Source of the DNA: Parcubacteria group bacterium
GTDB taxonomy: Bacteria; Patescibacteriota; Minisyncoccia; Phycocordibacterales; Phycocordibacteraceae
Length of the DNA stretch: 58,218 nt
Direction of reading: 5' to 3'
Assembly (NCBI GenBank): GCA_028286605.1
Contig: JAQBRE010000002.1
Coordinates: 1-58,218 of the forward strand
Shown: in pieces, positions 26,049 through 35,131 of the stretch
Layout: the number at the start of each line of letters is the position of its first letter
Position numbering within the stretch: position 1 is the first letter of the stretch
Program-made: the position numbers and the translations under genes
Notes under the pieces: model-generated
What the model saw: the letters and a program-made list of their open reading frames with translations, nothing else
What the model was told of the DNA's origin: nothing
Database searches by the model: none

Positions 26049-26426
26049 CTATGCGCTCCGTTCAAGCGCCTGCTTGTGGACTTCTTCAGCGAGGATAGCG
26101 CCGGCTCGCACAGATCCCTTGCGGCGCTCTTTCTCAGAGCGCGCCATGGTGGCCGGGAAGTCGACGATCATGGTGCCTTTCCGCGCTCGCGTGATGAACG
26201 TCATCAGGTAGAACTTCGGCGAGTACTGGCCGTTCGCGATGCCCTGAACGAGAACTTCAGCATCGCGCCTGGCCTGCGCCTCAGGAATCGGAGGCCGCGC
26301 CGCAGCGCCGGCCTTGATGCAGAGTTCGTGAGGTTCGAGACCAAGCGTCCGCATGACCACGCGATAGTCCATGTGGGACTGCGACAGGATTTTCCCCTTC
26401 GGAAAAGAAAGCTTTTTTAGCGACAA
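26049..26426 (-). CDS. Small hypothetical protein (visibly GC-rich ORF)
   Basis: 125 aa. TTG start with SD GGGAG upstream (or ATG at aa 19). Co-directional with argS and ileS. The overlapping plus-strand ORF 25827-26420 is judged an antisense shadow. Confidence 0.4.
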   Translation of the reverse strand: MSLKKLSFPKGKILSQSHMDYRVVMRTLGLEPHELCIKAGAAARPPIPEAQARRDAEVLVQGIANGQYSPKFYLMTFITRARKGTMIVDFPATMARSEKERRKGSVRAGAILAEEVHKQALERSA

Positions 26427-26501
26427 TGCACGTCTCCCTTTTGCTGCCCTGAATTGAACAGTCTGTTGACTACCTTAGCATTTGTTCGTATTTTTTGCGA
26501 C

Positions 26502-28178
26502 CTACATTTTCTCGGGTGCGGGGATGGCGAGAAGAGCGAGACCATTCTGCATCGTCGTGGTGAACGCGCTCACGAGGGCGAGGGTGTTCGCTTCGTCGAT
26601 GCTGCCGATGATCTTGCCGGTCATATAAAAGGAATTCCATGCGCTGGCGAGCTGCGTTAGGTAGGTGGTGAGAATGTGCGGCGCACGGAGCACTTCAGCA
26701 CGCCTGACTATTTCAGGGAAACGAGTGATAAGGCGTGCGAGGAGCGGGATGTCGTTCGCGAAAGCAGGTGAAGCCGCAGGCTTCACCTCCGACGCTGCGA
26801 GTATTGAATTGGCACGCACCAATGCGTACTGCAAGTACGGTCCTGAATCGCCTTCGAGCGAAAGAGACTTCTCCATATCGAAAATAATGTCACCGCCGGC
26901 AGACTGGCGAAGGATCATGTATTTGATAGCACCGAGCGCGACCTGTTCGGCAATGAGCGGATCTTCGTTCTTCTCGCTTGCGCGCTCTATAACATCACGA
27001 ATGAGCTCTTCCGCCTTGATCACATTCCCTTCGCGTGAAGACATCTTCCCTGTCGTGAGCTTCAGGAAGCCATGCGCGATATGCGCCATTTTGGAAGATA
27101 GCTGCGGCGCGAAGTCCGCGAGCGCAGCGAGCAGGATAACGAAGTGGCCGATCTGTTCTGCAGCCGTGACTATGAATACCTGATCCGGCTGTACATGCTC
27201 TTCTTTCCAGAATGCGAGACCGATGTCTTTTGCTTCATACGTTGGCGTGCCGCGCGAGGTTATAAAAACGAGCGTATGCAATCCTTTCTTCTCTCCTTTG
27301 TATATGACCGCTCCTTCGCTTTCTTCGAAGACGCCGTTCGCGAGTTCGTCCTTAACGATACGCATGCCTATAGGCGTTACTTCGCTTTCGAATATCGTGT
27401 AGTCGAACTTCGTGCCAAGGCGCGCCCAGAGCGTGCGGTATGCAGCGAGCGAAACTTCCCTGCCGTGAAGCCATGCATCATGCAGTGTACGTTCTTCACC
27501 AACGAGCGAAGCGGAGTCTTTTTCGTTCATCACGTAGATTTCTGTGTTGAGCGCATCGATCTCTGCTTTCGCTTTCTCGCTTTCCTCGTACGCACGCGAA
27601 CCGTGCGCATACGCCTTGCCGATATCTTCTGATGTCGCCGTTTCAAGCGAGCCGCTATCGCGAAGTCCCCATATCGCTTTCGCAACATGCGGGCCGACAT
27701 CGCCGCCATAGGTATCGCGCAGCACCGTTGCACCGGATGATTCCATCAGACGCGAAACTGATTCGCCGATGATAGTGCTCATCAAATGACCAATATGCAT
27801 CTCTTTGAACGGGTTCGGGTTCGAATACTCGATCATGATGCGCGCGCCAGCGCGCGCATCGCTCTTCCCCCATCCCTCACCCTTTGCTTCTTCAAGTGTG
27901 GCGCCCACCGCCTGCGGAGAAAGAGTGATGTTTATGAATCCAGGGCCGGCCACTTCGATACGCGAGGCGTCTTCGCCGAGCGCATCCTGAAGCGCGGGCA
28001 CGAGCTGCTCCGCCACTTCCTTCGGGCTTATGCCAAGCACTTTGCTCGCGGCTAATCCAGCGTTAATTGCGAAGTCGCCGTGCGAAGGGTCTGCCGGCCA
28101 TTCCACAGCGAAATTCACCTCGCCTGCGCCGAGTTCAGCCAGCTTCTTCTGTACGATTCCGCGAATGCGCTCTTCCAT
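26502..28178 (-). CDS. argS: Arginyl-tRNA synthetase
   Basis: N-terminal Arg-tRNA-binding domain, NPNPFKEMHIGHLMSTIIGES (HIGH), C-terminal DALR-type domain ending in M. Confidence 0.92.
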   Translation of the reverse strand: MEERIRGIVQKKLAELGAGEVNFAVEWPADPSHGDFAINAGLAASKVLGISPKEVAEQLVPALQDALGEDASRIEVAGPGFINITLSPQAVGATLEEAKGEGWGKSDARAGARIMIEYSNPNPFKEMHIGHLMSTIIGESVSRLMESSGATVLRDTYGGDVGPHVAKAIWGLRDSGSLETATSEDIGKAYAHGSRAYEESEKAKAEIDALNTEIYVMNEKDSASLVGEERTLHDAWLHGREVSLAAYRTLWARLGTKFDYTIFESEVTPIGMRIVKDELANGVFEESEGAVIYKGEKKGLHTLVFITSRGTPTYEAKDIGLAFWKEEHVQPDQVFIVTAAEQIGHFVILLAALADFAPQLSSKMAHIAHGFLKLTTGKMSSREGNVIKAEELIRDVIERASEKNEDPLIAEQVALGAIKYMILRQSAGGDIIFDMEKSLSLEGDSGPYLQYALVRANSILAASEVKPAASPAFANDIPLLARLITRFPEIVRRAEVLRAPHILTTYLTQLASAWNSFYMTGKIIGSIDEANTLALVSAFTTTMQNGLALLAIPAPEKM

Positions 28179-28213
28179 ACGCCGACTATAGCAGAATTAC
28201 CCGCACCCCGTCT

Positions 28214-30730
28214 TTAACACTCGTATGAACCTGCACAACCTGTTCCATCATTCTTACGCGGCGTACCTTCAATATCCCCCGGGAAACCTGCATCTCCTGT
28301 GGGAACGCGGTTCGTAAGACCTGTGGTCACATTCGGCTTATACCAACCAAGACCTGTGCCGTTACCAGCCCAGCCTCCCGTCCACGCGGTATTCCCGTTA
28401 TTCGCCATGAAGGTGAACGTGCTCTGGCTATACCCTGCACTGCTCGTGTTTCCAGGGAGGCCAAGATAATCGGCCTGTGTTTCAGCGAATCCAGGAGCGG
28501 CGCCTGAATCGATACCGTTCGGCCCTGTAACATCCCCAAGATCACCAACGCCGAAGCGCATACGCCAGTTTCCTACGCGTGCACCGCACAGCTGACCCGT
28601 ATTGAATGCCGAGATGCTTGCCGTCGCTGTCGCTCCGGTTCCATCACCCGTAATTGTTACGGTAGGCGCACTTGCGTATCCTTCACCTCCGGTATTCCCG
28701 CAGACCGTCGTATCGAGCGTTATGGTCGAGACCGCGCCACCTGAAAGATTCGCGTGAGCAAGCGCCGTCACGTCATTAGCGCTACCGCTTGGATTTCCGA
28801 CCGTTACCGTAGCAGTGGTGTACCCGCTACCGCCAGCCGTTACGGTTATGGTGGTTACGAAACGATCCAATGGGTTCGAGAAATAATCACCCTTGCTATA
28901 GCGATCGAAATCAATATTGAACAAATCATTCCCCGTTTTTAGTACACTCGTAGTTCCCAGGCTGTTGTAATACATATTCGTGCGATTTCCTGTCGTCGTA
29001 TTGTATTGACGAAGTAAATTCGAGAACGTTGTTATGTCGTCATCTGCACCGAAACTGAACGCAGGCGAGACGCTGCTTGAACCGACTTCTTCAAACACAT
29101 TCTGTACGAATGCGACATTGTTTCTTGAAACGAGACCGCCGGTCATGGCAACGATTTGCGCATTGTTGACGTTCATCATCTTGTTGAACGCTATCAGCAA
29201 GCTTGGCTCAGTTACACTACTGATACGCATTGCTGACATAACGTTGCCGAGAACCGTATTAGGAGCTACGATCGCAGAGCTTCCAGGAATTCCCAATACT
29301 GTGGAACCGAATTCCGTCGCGGTCTCTCCTGTTGCGCCGAAACTACTGAGAATTCTTGAGTCGCCGAGAGATTCGTCGATATACGAATTATAGTATTCGC
29401 GCCAACCGATCTGGTTAGTCCACGCGCTCACGGCTGCTTGTGTCTCGTCCAGCCACGAGCCTTGAAATATATTGTGCGCGAGCACGGTTCCCGAACCGGT
29501 GTCCGGCCCTGCGATAACCGTTTTATTTGATGCGTTATCAGTGAATTTCAGATTCTTGAAGAACGTCGTATTTCCAGAAATATTATTCGTTGAAGCATCA
29601 ATATCCGTATCGGCAGCGCTGTGTCCTGGTTCCGCTGAAATAACCATATAGGTAGAACAGTTCGTCGGAGCATCGAGCGCGAGACTTCCGGCGAATCCCG
29701 TCGTCGTACCTGCTTTCAAATATATGATTCCGCCGCAGGCGTTATTGTGGCCATCATTCGCGTTGTAGTAGGTCTTAATAGCATCTGCAGCATTCTTTAT
29801 GTTGGCATAATATGCCGTCGTACCCGGGTCGGTCGCCGTCGTTTGTACTGCAGGGCTGGCGCCTGCACCAGCCGGACTCACCCACGCATATATCGGTACA
29901 TACTTGTCGTTCTTATCGTTGAGAATCTGCAGGCTCTTTAGTGTTGGCGTAATGACGCTCGCAGCCACCGGAATACCGTCAGCGCCCTGAGACGTGTCGA
30001 GCGTGATGGTGCCGAAATTACTATACGCGACGGCCTTCACGGTGGTGGTTCCTTGCGCAAGCGTATCCATTTCAGCACTGGAGAATGTTGCTGCATATAC
30101 GTATACAGGGTCACCAAGCGTTACCTTCACCGTGCCGTTAGCCGTTGCGTTCGTGTTCAGCGTCAATTGCGTTGGGGAATCCACAGAACTGATCCTTGGT
30201 TCACCAATACCTACGCCAGAAGCAGTACCCGTACTAACCGTCGTATACATTCCAGCGATCATACCCGTCGTGCTACCGCAGGAAGTGAGCACCGCAGAAC
30301 CGCTCGTTGCCGTACAGGTCGTTGAGGTTAGATACGTAGATTGCGTCATCGTAGAAGTCGTATGGCTTACTGATACGCTGCCGTCAGTAGCGGTGAATGT
30401 CACTGAAGCCACTTGCCCGTTATTACGGGGGAACTTACTTACGACTGAAAATTCAACAGTGAAGGGCGTTGTGGACGCGCGACGCAAATTAGTTGGCGTT
30501 ACCCATGCGCCAATAGGACGATACTCACCTACTGTAGAGTTGTTCGTTGCCGCGAGTGTGGTAACCGCTGCGGTAGAGGTGCTGTGCGTATACCATCCAG
30601 AGAGACCCGTCAGCGTCACCGTATCGGTAGGAAGAATATCGTCAGAGAGTAGTACGGTCGTCGTTAGATTCCCGCCACTCGCCGTTTCGGTCGTCGTAGC
30701 TCCATTAGGGTATGGGAATCGGAATGGCAC
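28214..30730 (-). CDS. C-terminal part of a giant surface protein (beta-helix-like middle; separated from 30664-33603 by a frameshift)
   Basis: 838-aa ORF starting at an internal GTG. Its frame stays open upstream to at least 30898 and reads protein-like sequence (ARIDPELTFNVSTHGYDSSGNATT...). Confidence 0.7.
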   Translation of the reverse strand: MPFRFPYPNGATTTETASGGNLTTTVLLSDDILPTDTVTLTGLSGWYTHSTSTAAVTTLAATNNSTVGEYRPIGAWVTPTNLRRASTTPFTVEFSVVSKFPRNNGQVASVTFTATDGSVSVSHTTSTMTQSTYLTSTTCTATSGSAVLTSCGSTTGMIAGMYTTVSTGTASGVGIGEPRISSVDSPTQLTLNTNATANGTVKVTLGDPVYVYAATFSSAEMDTLAQGTTTVKAVAYSNFGTITLDTSQGADGIPVAASVITPTLKSLQILNDKNDKYVPIYAWVSPAGAGASPAVQTTATDPGTTAYYANIKNAADAIKTYYNANDGHNNACGGIIYLKAGTTTGFAGSLALDAPTNCSTYMVISAEPGHSAADTDIDASTNNISGNTTFFKNLKFTDNASNKTVIAGPDTGSGTVLAHNIFQGSWLDETQAAVSAWTNQIGWREYYNSYIDESLGDSRILSSFGATGETATEFGSTVLGIPGSSAIVAPNTVLGNVMSAMRISSVTEPSLLIAFNKMMNVNNAQIVAMTGGLVSRNNVAFVQNVFEEVGSSSVSPAFSFGADDDITTFSNLLRQYNTTTGNRTNMYYNSLGTTSVLKTGNDLFNIDFDRYSKGDYFSNPLDRFVTTITVTAGGSGYTTATVTVGNPSGSANDVTALAHANLSGGAVSTITLDTTVCGNTGGEGYASAPTVTITGDGTGATATASISAFNTGQLCGARVGNWRMRFGVGDLGDVTGPNGIDSGAAPGFAETQADYLGLPGNTSSAGYSQSTFTFMANNGNTAWTGGWAGNGTGLGWYKPNVTTGLTNRVPTGDAGFPGDIEGTPRKNDGTGCAGSYEC

Positions 30731-33603
30731 GGTTCCAAGTATCGAACGACTAAGCGTCGTGGCGTTTCCAGAGGAATCATATCCATGCGTAGAAACATTG
30801 AATGTGAGTTCGGGGTCGATTCGGGCGTAAGCGCGTACGTGCCGCGTGACGTAAGACCCTTCACGGTGATGTCGGCAAGATAGCCGCTCGATTCTATCGA
30901 TACGCCGGTAACCGTTCCGTCTGCCACTACTCCTGAAGAGGTGGTGACTGTCTGATCACTTGAGGTCGCGAGATTGCCAGATGCATCTGCTGCCTGAATT
31001 TGGAAATGATACGTAGTAGCTGCCGAGAGACCCGTCAATGTAATGGAGTGCGAGGTCGCAAGAGTAGAAGAACTCGAAGCGGTTCCATACGCGATGCTCG
31101 TGCCGTATGCAATCGTTGAAGAGGCATTCTCGTTCGTTGTCCACGTTATGGTTGCGCCAGAAGAACTGGAAGAAGTAGCTATTGAAGAGATAATCGGCGG
31201 AGTCGTGTCTGGTGCTGATGTCGTAATGAATGTGAGATCGCTCGAGGTCGCCACATTATTCGATACGTCTGCTGAGGCGACTTGGTAGTGATACGTCGTA
31301 GCGGCAGTGAGCCCCGTAAGGGTTACGGTGTGAGATGTAACAAGAGCTGCAGAGGTAGAGGCAGTTCCGTATACAGACGTTGTTCCGTAATTCACCGTGG
31401 ACGACGCGTTCTCATTCGTGGTCCACGTGATGGTTGCTCCCGTTGAAGTAGTCGAAGATGCAATCGAAGAAAGCACTGGAGCAGTATTGTCGACCGTTAC
31501 CGTTATTGGTGAAGATGTCGCAAGATTGCCCGCAGCATCGCGCGCAACCGCAAGAAGCGTGTGTGAGCCCGTCGATGTGGCCGTTGTGTTCCATGTAATG
31601 GCGTACGGCGCAGAAGTGTCTTCAGCACTAAGAAGCGCGCCATCAAGTTTGAATTGAACGCCCACGACAGCCACATCGTCTGAGGCAGAAGCAGTAACTG
31701 CGACCGAGGTACCCGAGACGGTACTGCCGCCGGCGGGTGCAGTGAGAGCAACGGTCGGTGGCGTTGTGTCTGGTGCAGCAGACGTAGTCACGGTTTGGTC
31801 GCTTGAGGTTGCTAGATTGCCCGACGCGTCCGCAGATTGAACTTGGTAGTGATACGTAGTGGCTGCTATGAGGCCGGTGAGCGTAATGGAGTGCGAAGTC
31901 GCAAGAGCAGAAGAGCTGGAAGCAGTGCCGTATGCGCTGCTCGCGCCGTATGCAACCGTGGAGGATGCATTCTCGTTTGTCGTCCACGTTATCGTTGCAG
32001 TGCTTGCTGTTGGGGAGCTCGCAATTGCTGAAATAGTTGGAGGCGTTACGTCAGGTGCTGCCGTTGTAGTGAATGTGAGATCCGAAGACGTAGCGACATT
32101 GTTCGATGCATCCGCTGACGCAACCTGGAAGTGATAAAGAGTTGACGCAGCAAGTCCGGAAAGAGTGATTGAGTGCGACGTTATCAATGTTGCCGTAGTA
32201 GATGCAGTGCCATAGGTGCTGCTCGTTCCGTAATTCACCGTGGACGACGCGTTCTCATTCGTGGTCCATGTGATGGTTGCTCCCGAGAACGTCGGTGAAG
32301 AGACAATCGAGCTAAGCACAGGCGGTGTTACATCAAGAGTGGCCGTGGTGGTCACGGTGCGGTCGGTCGACGTGGCAAGGTTGCCCGAACTATCCGCAGA
32401 TTGAATCTGGTAGTGATACACCGTAGACGCCGTAAGGCCGGTGAGCGTAATGGTGTGCGAGGTGACAAAGGGTGACGACGAAGACGCAGTGCCATAGCCG
32501 GTAGTAGTGCCGTATGCAACCGTGGAGGATGCAGCCTCATTCGTGGTCCATGTAATAGTGGCTGCCGTTGCGCTTGAAGTGCTCGCTATAGAAGAAATGA
32601 CCGGAGGCGTTATGTCGGGAGCCGCGCTGGTTGTAAATGTCTGGTCTGCTGAGTACGCAGTATTTCCTGAGGAATCAGCAGTACGGATACGAAAATGATA
32701 CGTAGTAGCTACGGTAAGTCCGGTGATCGTAACGGAATGCGAGGTGACAAGCGAAGTATCTGGTGTTGTCGTTGCTCCATATGAAGAGGTTGTTCCGTAT
32801 GCGACATCTGAATCTGCAGATTCGTCCGTAGTCCACTGTATAGTCGCAGAGGTAGTACCCGGAGTTCCTGATGATATGGCTGAGACGACAGGTGGAGTCG
32901 TATCAGATGGAGGCGCGCTCTGACTACTTCCACCCCCTCCCCCGCTACCCTCCGAAGCTCCAGATGAAATACCTCCATTGGCATTCGTAAATTCAGGGTG
33001 TGTCGACGCCGTTCCGGATGAAGAGCCGCTTGATACCGTAACGAGCACGGCACGGGTCAATGGGCCGACAGTGCCGACGCTTGGGAGGCCGTGGGCGGCC
33101 TGAAAGGCCGCTACTGCATTCTTCGTAACCGCACCAAAATACCCCGTGATTGTCGGATACGTATAAAAACCGGCGTTTTTAAGGAACTGCTGAAGAGCAC
33201 TGACATCTGTACCTGTTGAACCGGTATCGAGTATACGCGTAAGTACAAGAGTGGGAGCAGATTCCGGTGCAGAGACCGCTATACCTGGTGCAGATGCTGC
33301 TATTCCAGTATTCAAAAGGTTAAGAGTAATCGGACCAACCAGACCGATTGATGAAATGTCATGGGCGGCCTGAAAGGCCGCCACCGCATTCTTCGTAACC
33401 TGTCCAAAATATCCGGTTATGTTTGGAAACGTGTAAAAACCAGCATTTTTGAGGAATTGCTGGAGTGCAGAAACGTCCGTACCAGTCGAACCAACTGAAA
33501 GCGGGCGGCCAAACGTTGCGGCGTGGGAGTGTGCCGGGACACAAAGCAACAGTGCAAATAATGTTGCGCCGATAAAGCGCCTAGAACAGTTCCCTCTTTC
33601 CAT
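30664..33603 (-). CDS. N-terminal part of giant surface protein: signal peptide, 2 PG-binding domains, 6 Fn3-like repeats + 1 Ig-like domain
   Basis: MERGNCSRRFIGATLFALLLCVPAHSHA signal. Two copies of VGSTGTDVSALQQFLKNAGFYT...VTKNAVAAFQAAH. Repeats of ...ATITWTTNENASSTV.YGT...YG.....L.TSH.ITLTGL.A.T.YH.Q. The last ~35 aa look out of frame. Confidence 0.8.
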   Translation of the reverse strand: MERGNCSRRFIGATLFALLLCVPAHSHAATFGRPLSVGSTGTDVSALQQFLKNAGFYTFPNITGYFGQVTKNAVAAFQAAHDISSIGLVGPITLNLLNTGIAASAPGIAVSAPESAPTLVLTRILDTGSTGTDVSALQQFLKNAGFYTYPTITGYFGAVTKNAVAAFQAAHGLPSVGTVGPLTRAVLVTVSSGSSSGTASTHPEFTNANGGISSGASEGSGGGGGSSQSAPPSDTTPPVVSAISSGTPGTTSATIQWTTDESADSDVAYGTTSSYGATTTPDTSLVTSHSVTITGLTVATTYHFRIRTADSSGNTAYSADQTFTTSAAPDITPPVISSIASTSSATAATITWTTNEAASSTVAYGTTTGYGTASSSSPFVTSHTITLTGLTASTVYHYQIQSADSSGNLATSTDRTVTTTATLDVTPPVLSSIVSSPTFSGATITWTTNENASSTVNYGTSSTYGTASTTATLITSHSITLSGLAASTLYHFQVASADASNNVATSSDLTFTTTAAPDVTPPTISAIASSPTASTATITWTTNENASSTVAYGASSAYGTASSSSALATSHSITLTGLIAATTYHYQVQSADASGNLATSSDQTVTTSAAPDTTPPTVALTAPAGGSTVSGTSVAVTASASDDVAVVGVQFKLDGALLSAEDTSAPYAITWNTTATSTGSHTLLAVARDAAGNLATSSPITVTVDNTAPVLSSIASSTTSTGATITWTTNENASSTVNYGTTSVYGTASTSAALVTSHTVTLTGLTAATTYHYQVASADVSNNVATSSDLTFITTSAPDTTPPIISSIATSSSSSGATITWTTNENASSTIAYGTSIAYGTASSSSTLATSHSITLTGLSAATTYHFQIQAADASGNLATSSDQTVTTSSGVVADGTVTGVSIESSGYLADITVKGLTSRGTYALTPESTPNSHSMFLRMDMIPLETPRRLVVRYLEPCHSDSHTLMELRRPKRRVAGI
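30950..32900 (-). repeat. Tandem coding repeats (~280-290 nt Fn3-like units, 6 copies, one Ig-like unit interposed)
   Basis: Near-identical DNA blocks, for example 31382-31441 versus 32225-32284 (one mismatch in ~60 nt by eye). Confidence 0.8.
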
Positions 33604-33726
33604 TGTTTTAGTATAGCAATTTCACTTGGTATCAAAACCCTACCCGCCTTCCCAGCAATCTAGGACTGATCTTTCAGTATGTGGTTCTTCATGATTTCCA
33701 TGATATCCGCATACTATGTTCATTGG

Positions 33727-34419
33727 ATGAATATCAAAGACAAAATCATAATCGTTACGGGAGCATCAGAAGGAATCGGCTTAGCGGCTGCGCACGAGCT
33801 CGCGAAGCGCGGCGCAATCGTCATTCTTAGTGCTCGTTCGAAAGACAAGCTTGATCAGGTTGCTGCTGAAATTCCGGGTTCGCTCGCCATCGTTGCAGAT
33901 ATGACGAAGCCGAAAGATATCAAGAACCTCATCGCTCAAACTAAGGACAAGTTCGGACGTATCGACGTACTTATTAATAATGCGGGCCGTGGCTATCAGC
34001 AGCCGATCGAGACAATTGATCTGGATGAGTACCGCTCGGTCATGGAACTGAACGTGTTCAGCGTGCTCGAAGCGATGCAGCTCGTGATTCCTATCATGCG
34101 TGAGCAAGGCGGTGGCGCTATCGTGAACATAAGCTCGATGGTCTCGAAGAATTATTTCCCTCGCCTCGCCGCATACTCTTCTACGAAATACGCGCTCAAT
34201 GCCCTTACCCTTACGGCACGTGCGGAGCTCGAGGAAGACAAGATCGTCGTGAGCGCGTTCCATCCGAAGATGACGGCGACGCAATTCGGCGCGAATGCAT
34301 CCGGCAACAAATATGATTCTCACGCAGGTCGCCCGGGCATGACGGTTGATACTGCTGAACTGGTCGCTGAAAAGATCGCCGACCTTATCGAATCCGGCGA
34401 CGCTGAGTCGATGATGTAA
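33727..34419 (+). CDS. SDR family oxidoreductase
   Basis: MNIKDKIIIVTGASEGIGLAAA (TGxxxGIG), NNAG, YSSTKYAL (YxxxK). ATG at 33727. Confidence 0.88.
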   Translation: MNIKDKIIIVTGASEGIGLAAAHELAKRGAIVILSARSKDKLDQVAAEIPGSLAIVADMTKPKDIKNLIAQTKDKFGRIDVLINNAGRGYQQPIETIDLDEYRSVMELNVFSVLEAMQLVIPIMREQGGGAIVNISSMVSKNYFPRLAAYSSTKYALNALTLTARAELEEDKIVVSAFHPKMTATQFGANASGNKYDSHAGRPGMTVDTAELVAEKIADLIESGDAESMM

Positions 34420-34707
34420 CTAGAGTGCGTTCTCGACGAAATTCTTGATGCTGTAGAGTTCGCGGCTCAAATGCTCGTTCCCTTCTATCACTGAATCCTC
34501 GGTGAGGTGAAAGTCGAGCGCGAGCTTCTCCTTGTATTCGAAGCGGCCTTTCTCTTCGATCTTTTCCTCAACGTATTCAAGCTGCGTAAGGATATCCTCG
34601 AGGCGAGGGTCGTCTAAGTGCTGCGCGCGGTACGCCTGCAGGTGCACCAGCACGTTCGCGATGCGTTCCAGCATCTGCTCGGCCACTTCGTCATGCATCT
34701 CTTTCAT
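34420..34707 (-). CDS. Hypothetical helical acidic protein
   Basis: 95-aa ORF. No SD, but TATAGT lies just upstream of the ATG (possibly leaderless). Confidence 0.45.
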   Translation of the reverse strand: MKEMHDEVAEQMLERIANVLVHLQAYRAQHLDDPRLEDILTQLEYVEEKIEEKGRFEYKEKLALDFHLTEDSVIEGNEHLSRELYSIKNFVENAL

Positions 34708-34808
34708 GGGTGCACTATACCAAAATCAGCACCCGAGCGGGTGTAGGATTCATCTGGGACAATAATGGTCTTTGTTCAAGACTGAAAAAATAGCCCGGGG
34801 AGGGCGTC

Positions 34809-35069
34809 ATGCTAATACAAGAAGAGTCTCTTTTCGTAACGCCTCGACCGATCGGCCACAAGGATGTTCGGATTCGGCTCATCATCGAGCAGTTCCCCTA
34901 CGACCACGACCGGGTCAAACGTTGGAACGATATGGGGTTTGAACAGCGGTATCTTTCATACGCTGCTTCTCATCCCAGCCAAACAATCTTTCTGAATGAC
35001 TTCGATGGAATGACGGAGCTTCTCGTTTCTATCCTCACCCATGAGCTGATCGAGAAAGCTGCGGCGTAA
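34809..35069 (+). CDS. Hypothetical protein
   Basis: 86 aa. SD GGGGAGGG 4 nt before the ATG. Followed by a terminator. Confidence 0.5.
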   Translation: MLIQEESLFVTPRPIGHKDVRIRLIIEQFPYDHDRVKRWNDMGFEQRYLSYAASHPSQTIFLNDFDGMTELLVSILTHELIEKAAA

Positions 35070-35091
35070 TCGTCTGAAGAGATATACAAAG

Positions 35092-35130
35092 AACGCTCCG
35101 CCTTTCGACGGAGCGTTTCTCGTTTTACTT
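35092..35130. terminator. Bidirectional terminator (gene 34809-35069 / glyA)
   Basis: AACGCTCCG-CCTTTCGA-CGGAGCGTT followed by TCTCGTTTTACTTTTT. Confidence 0.75.
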
Positions 35131-35131
35131 T

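Noticed and set aside
29994-30830. 278-aa plus-strand ORF. The same applies to other long antisense ORFs: 7195-7911, 36656-37402, 39624-40163, 47813-48370 and 55103-55612.
   Set aside because: Each lies entirely opposite a CDS with recognisable domains. They have Arg/Ser-rich or low-complexity composition and no RBS or terminator logic.
30950-32900. Regularly spaced ~280-nt repeats that could be mistaken for a repeat array or CRISPR.
   Set aside because: The units are ten times longer than CRISPR repeats, are contiguous without spacers, and translate into Fn3-like protein modules in a single long ORF.
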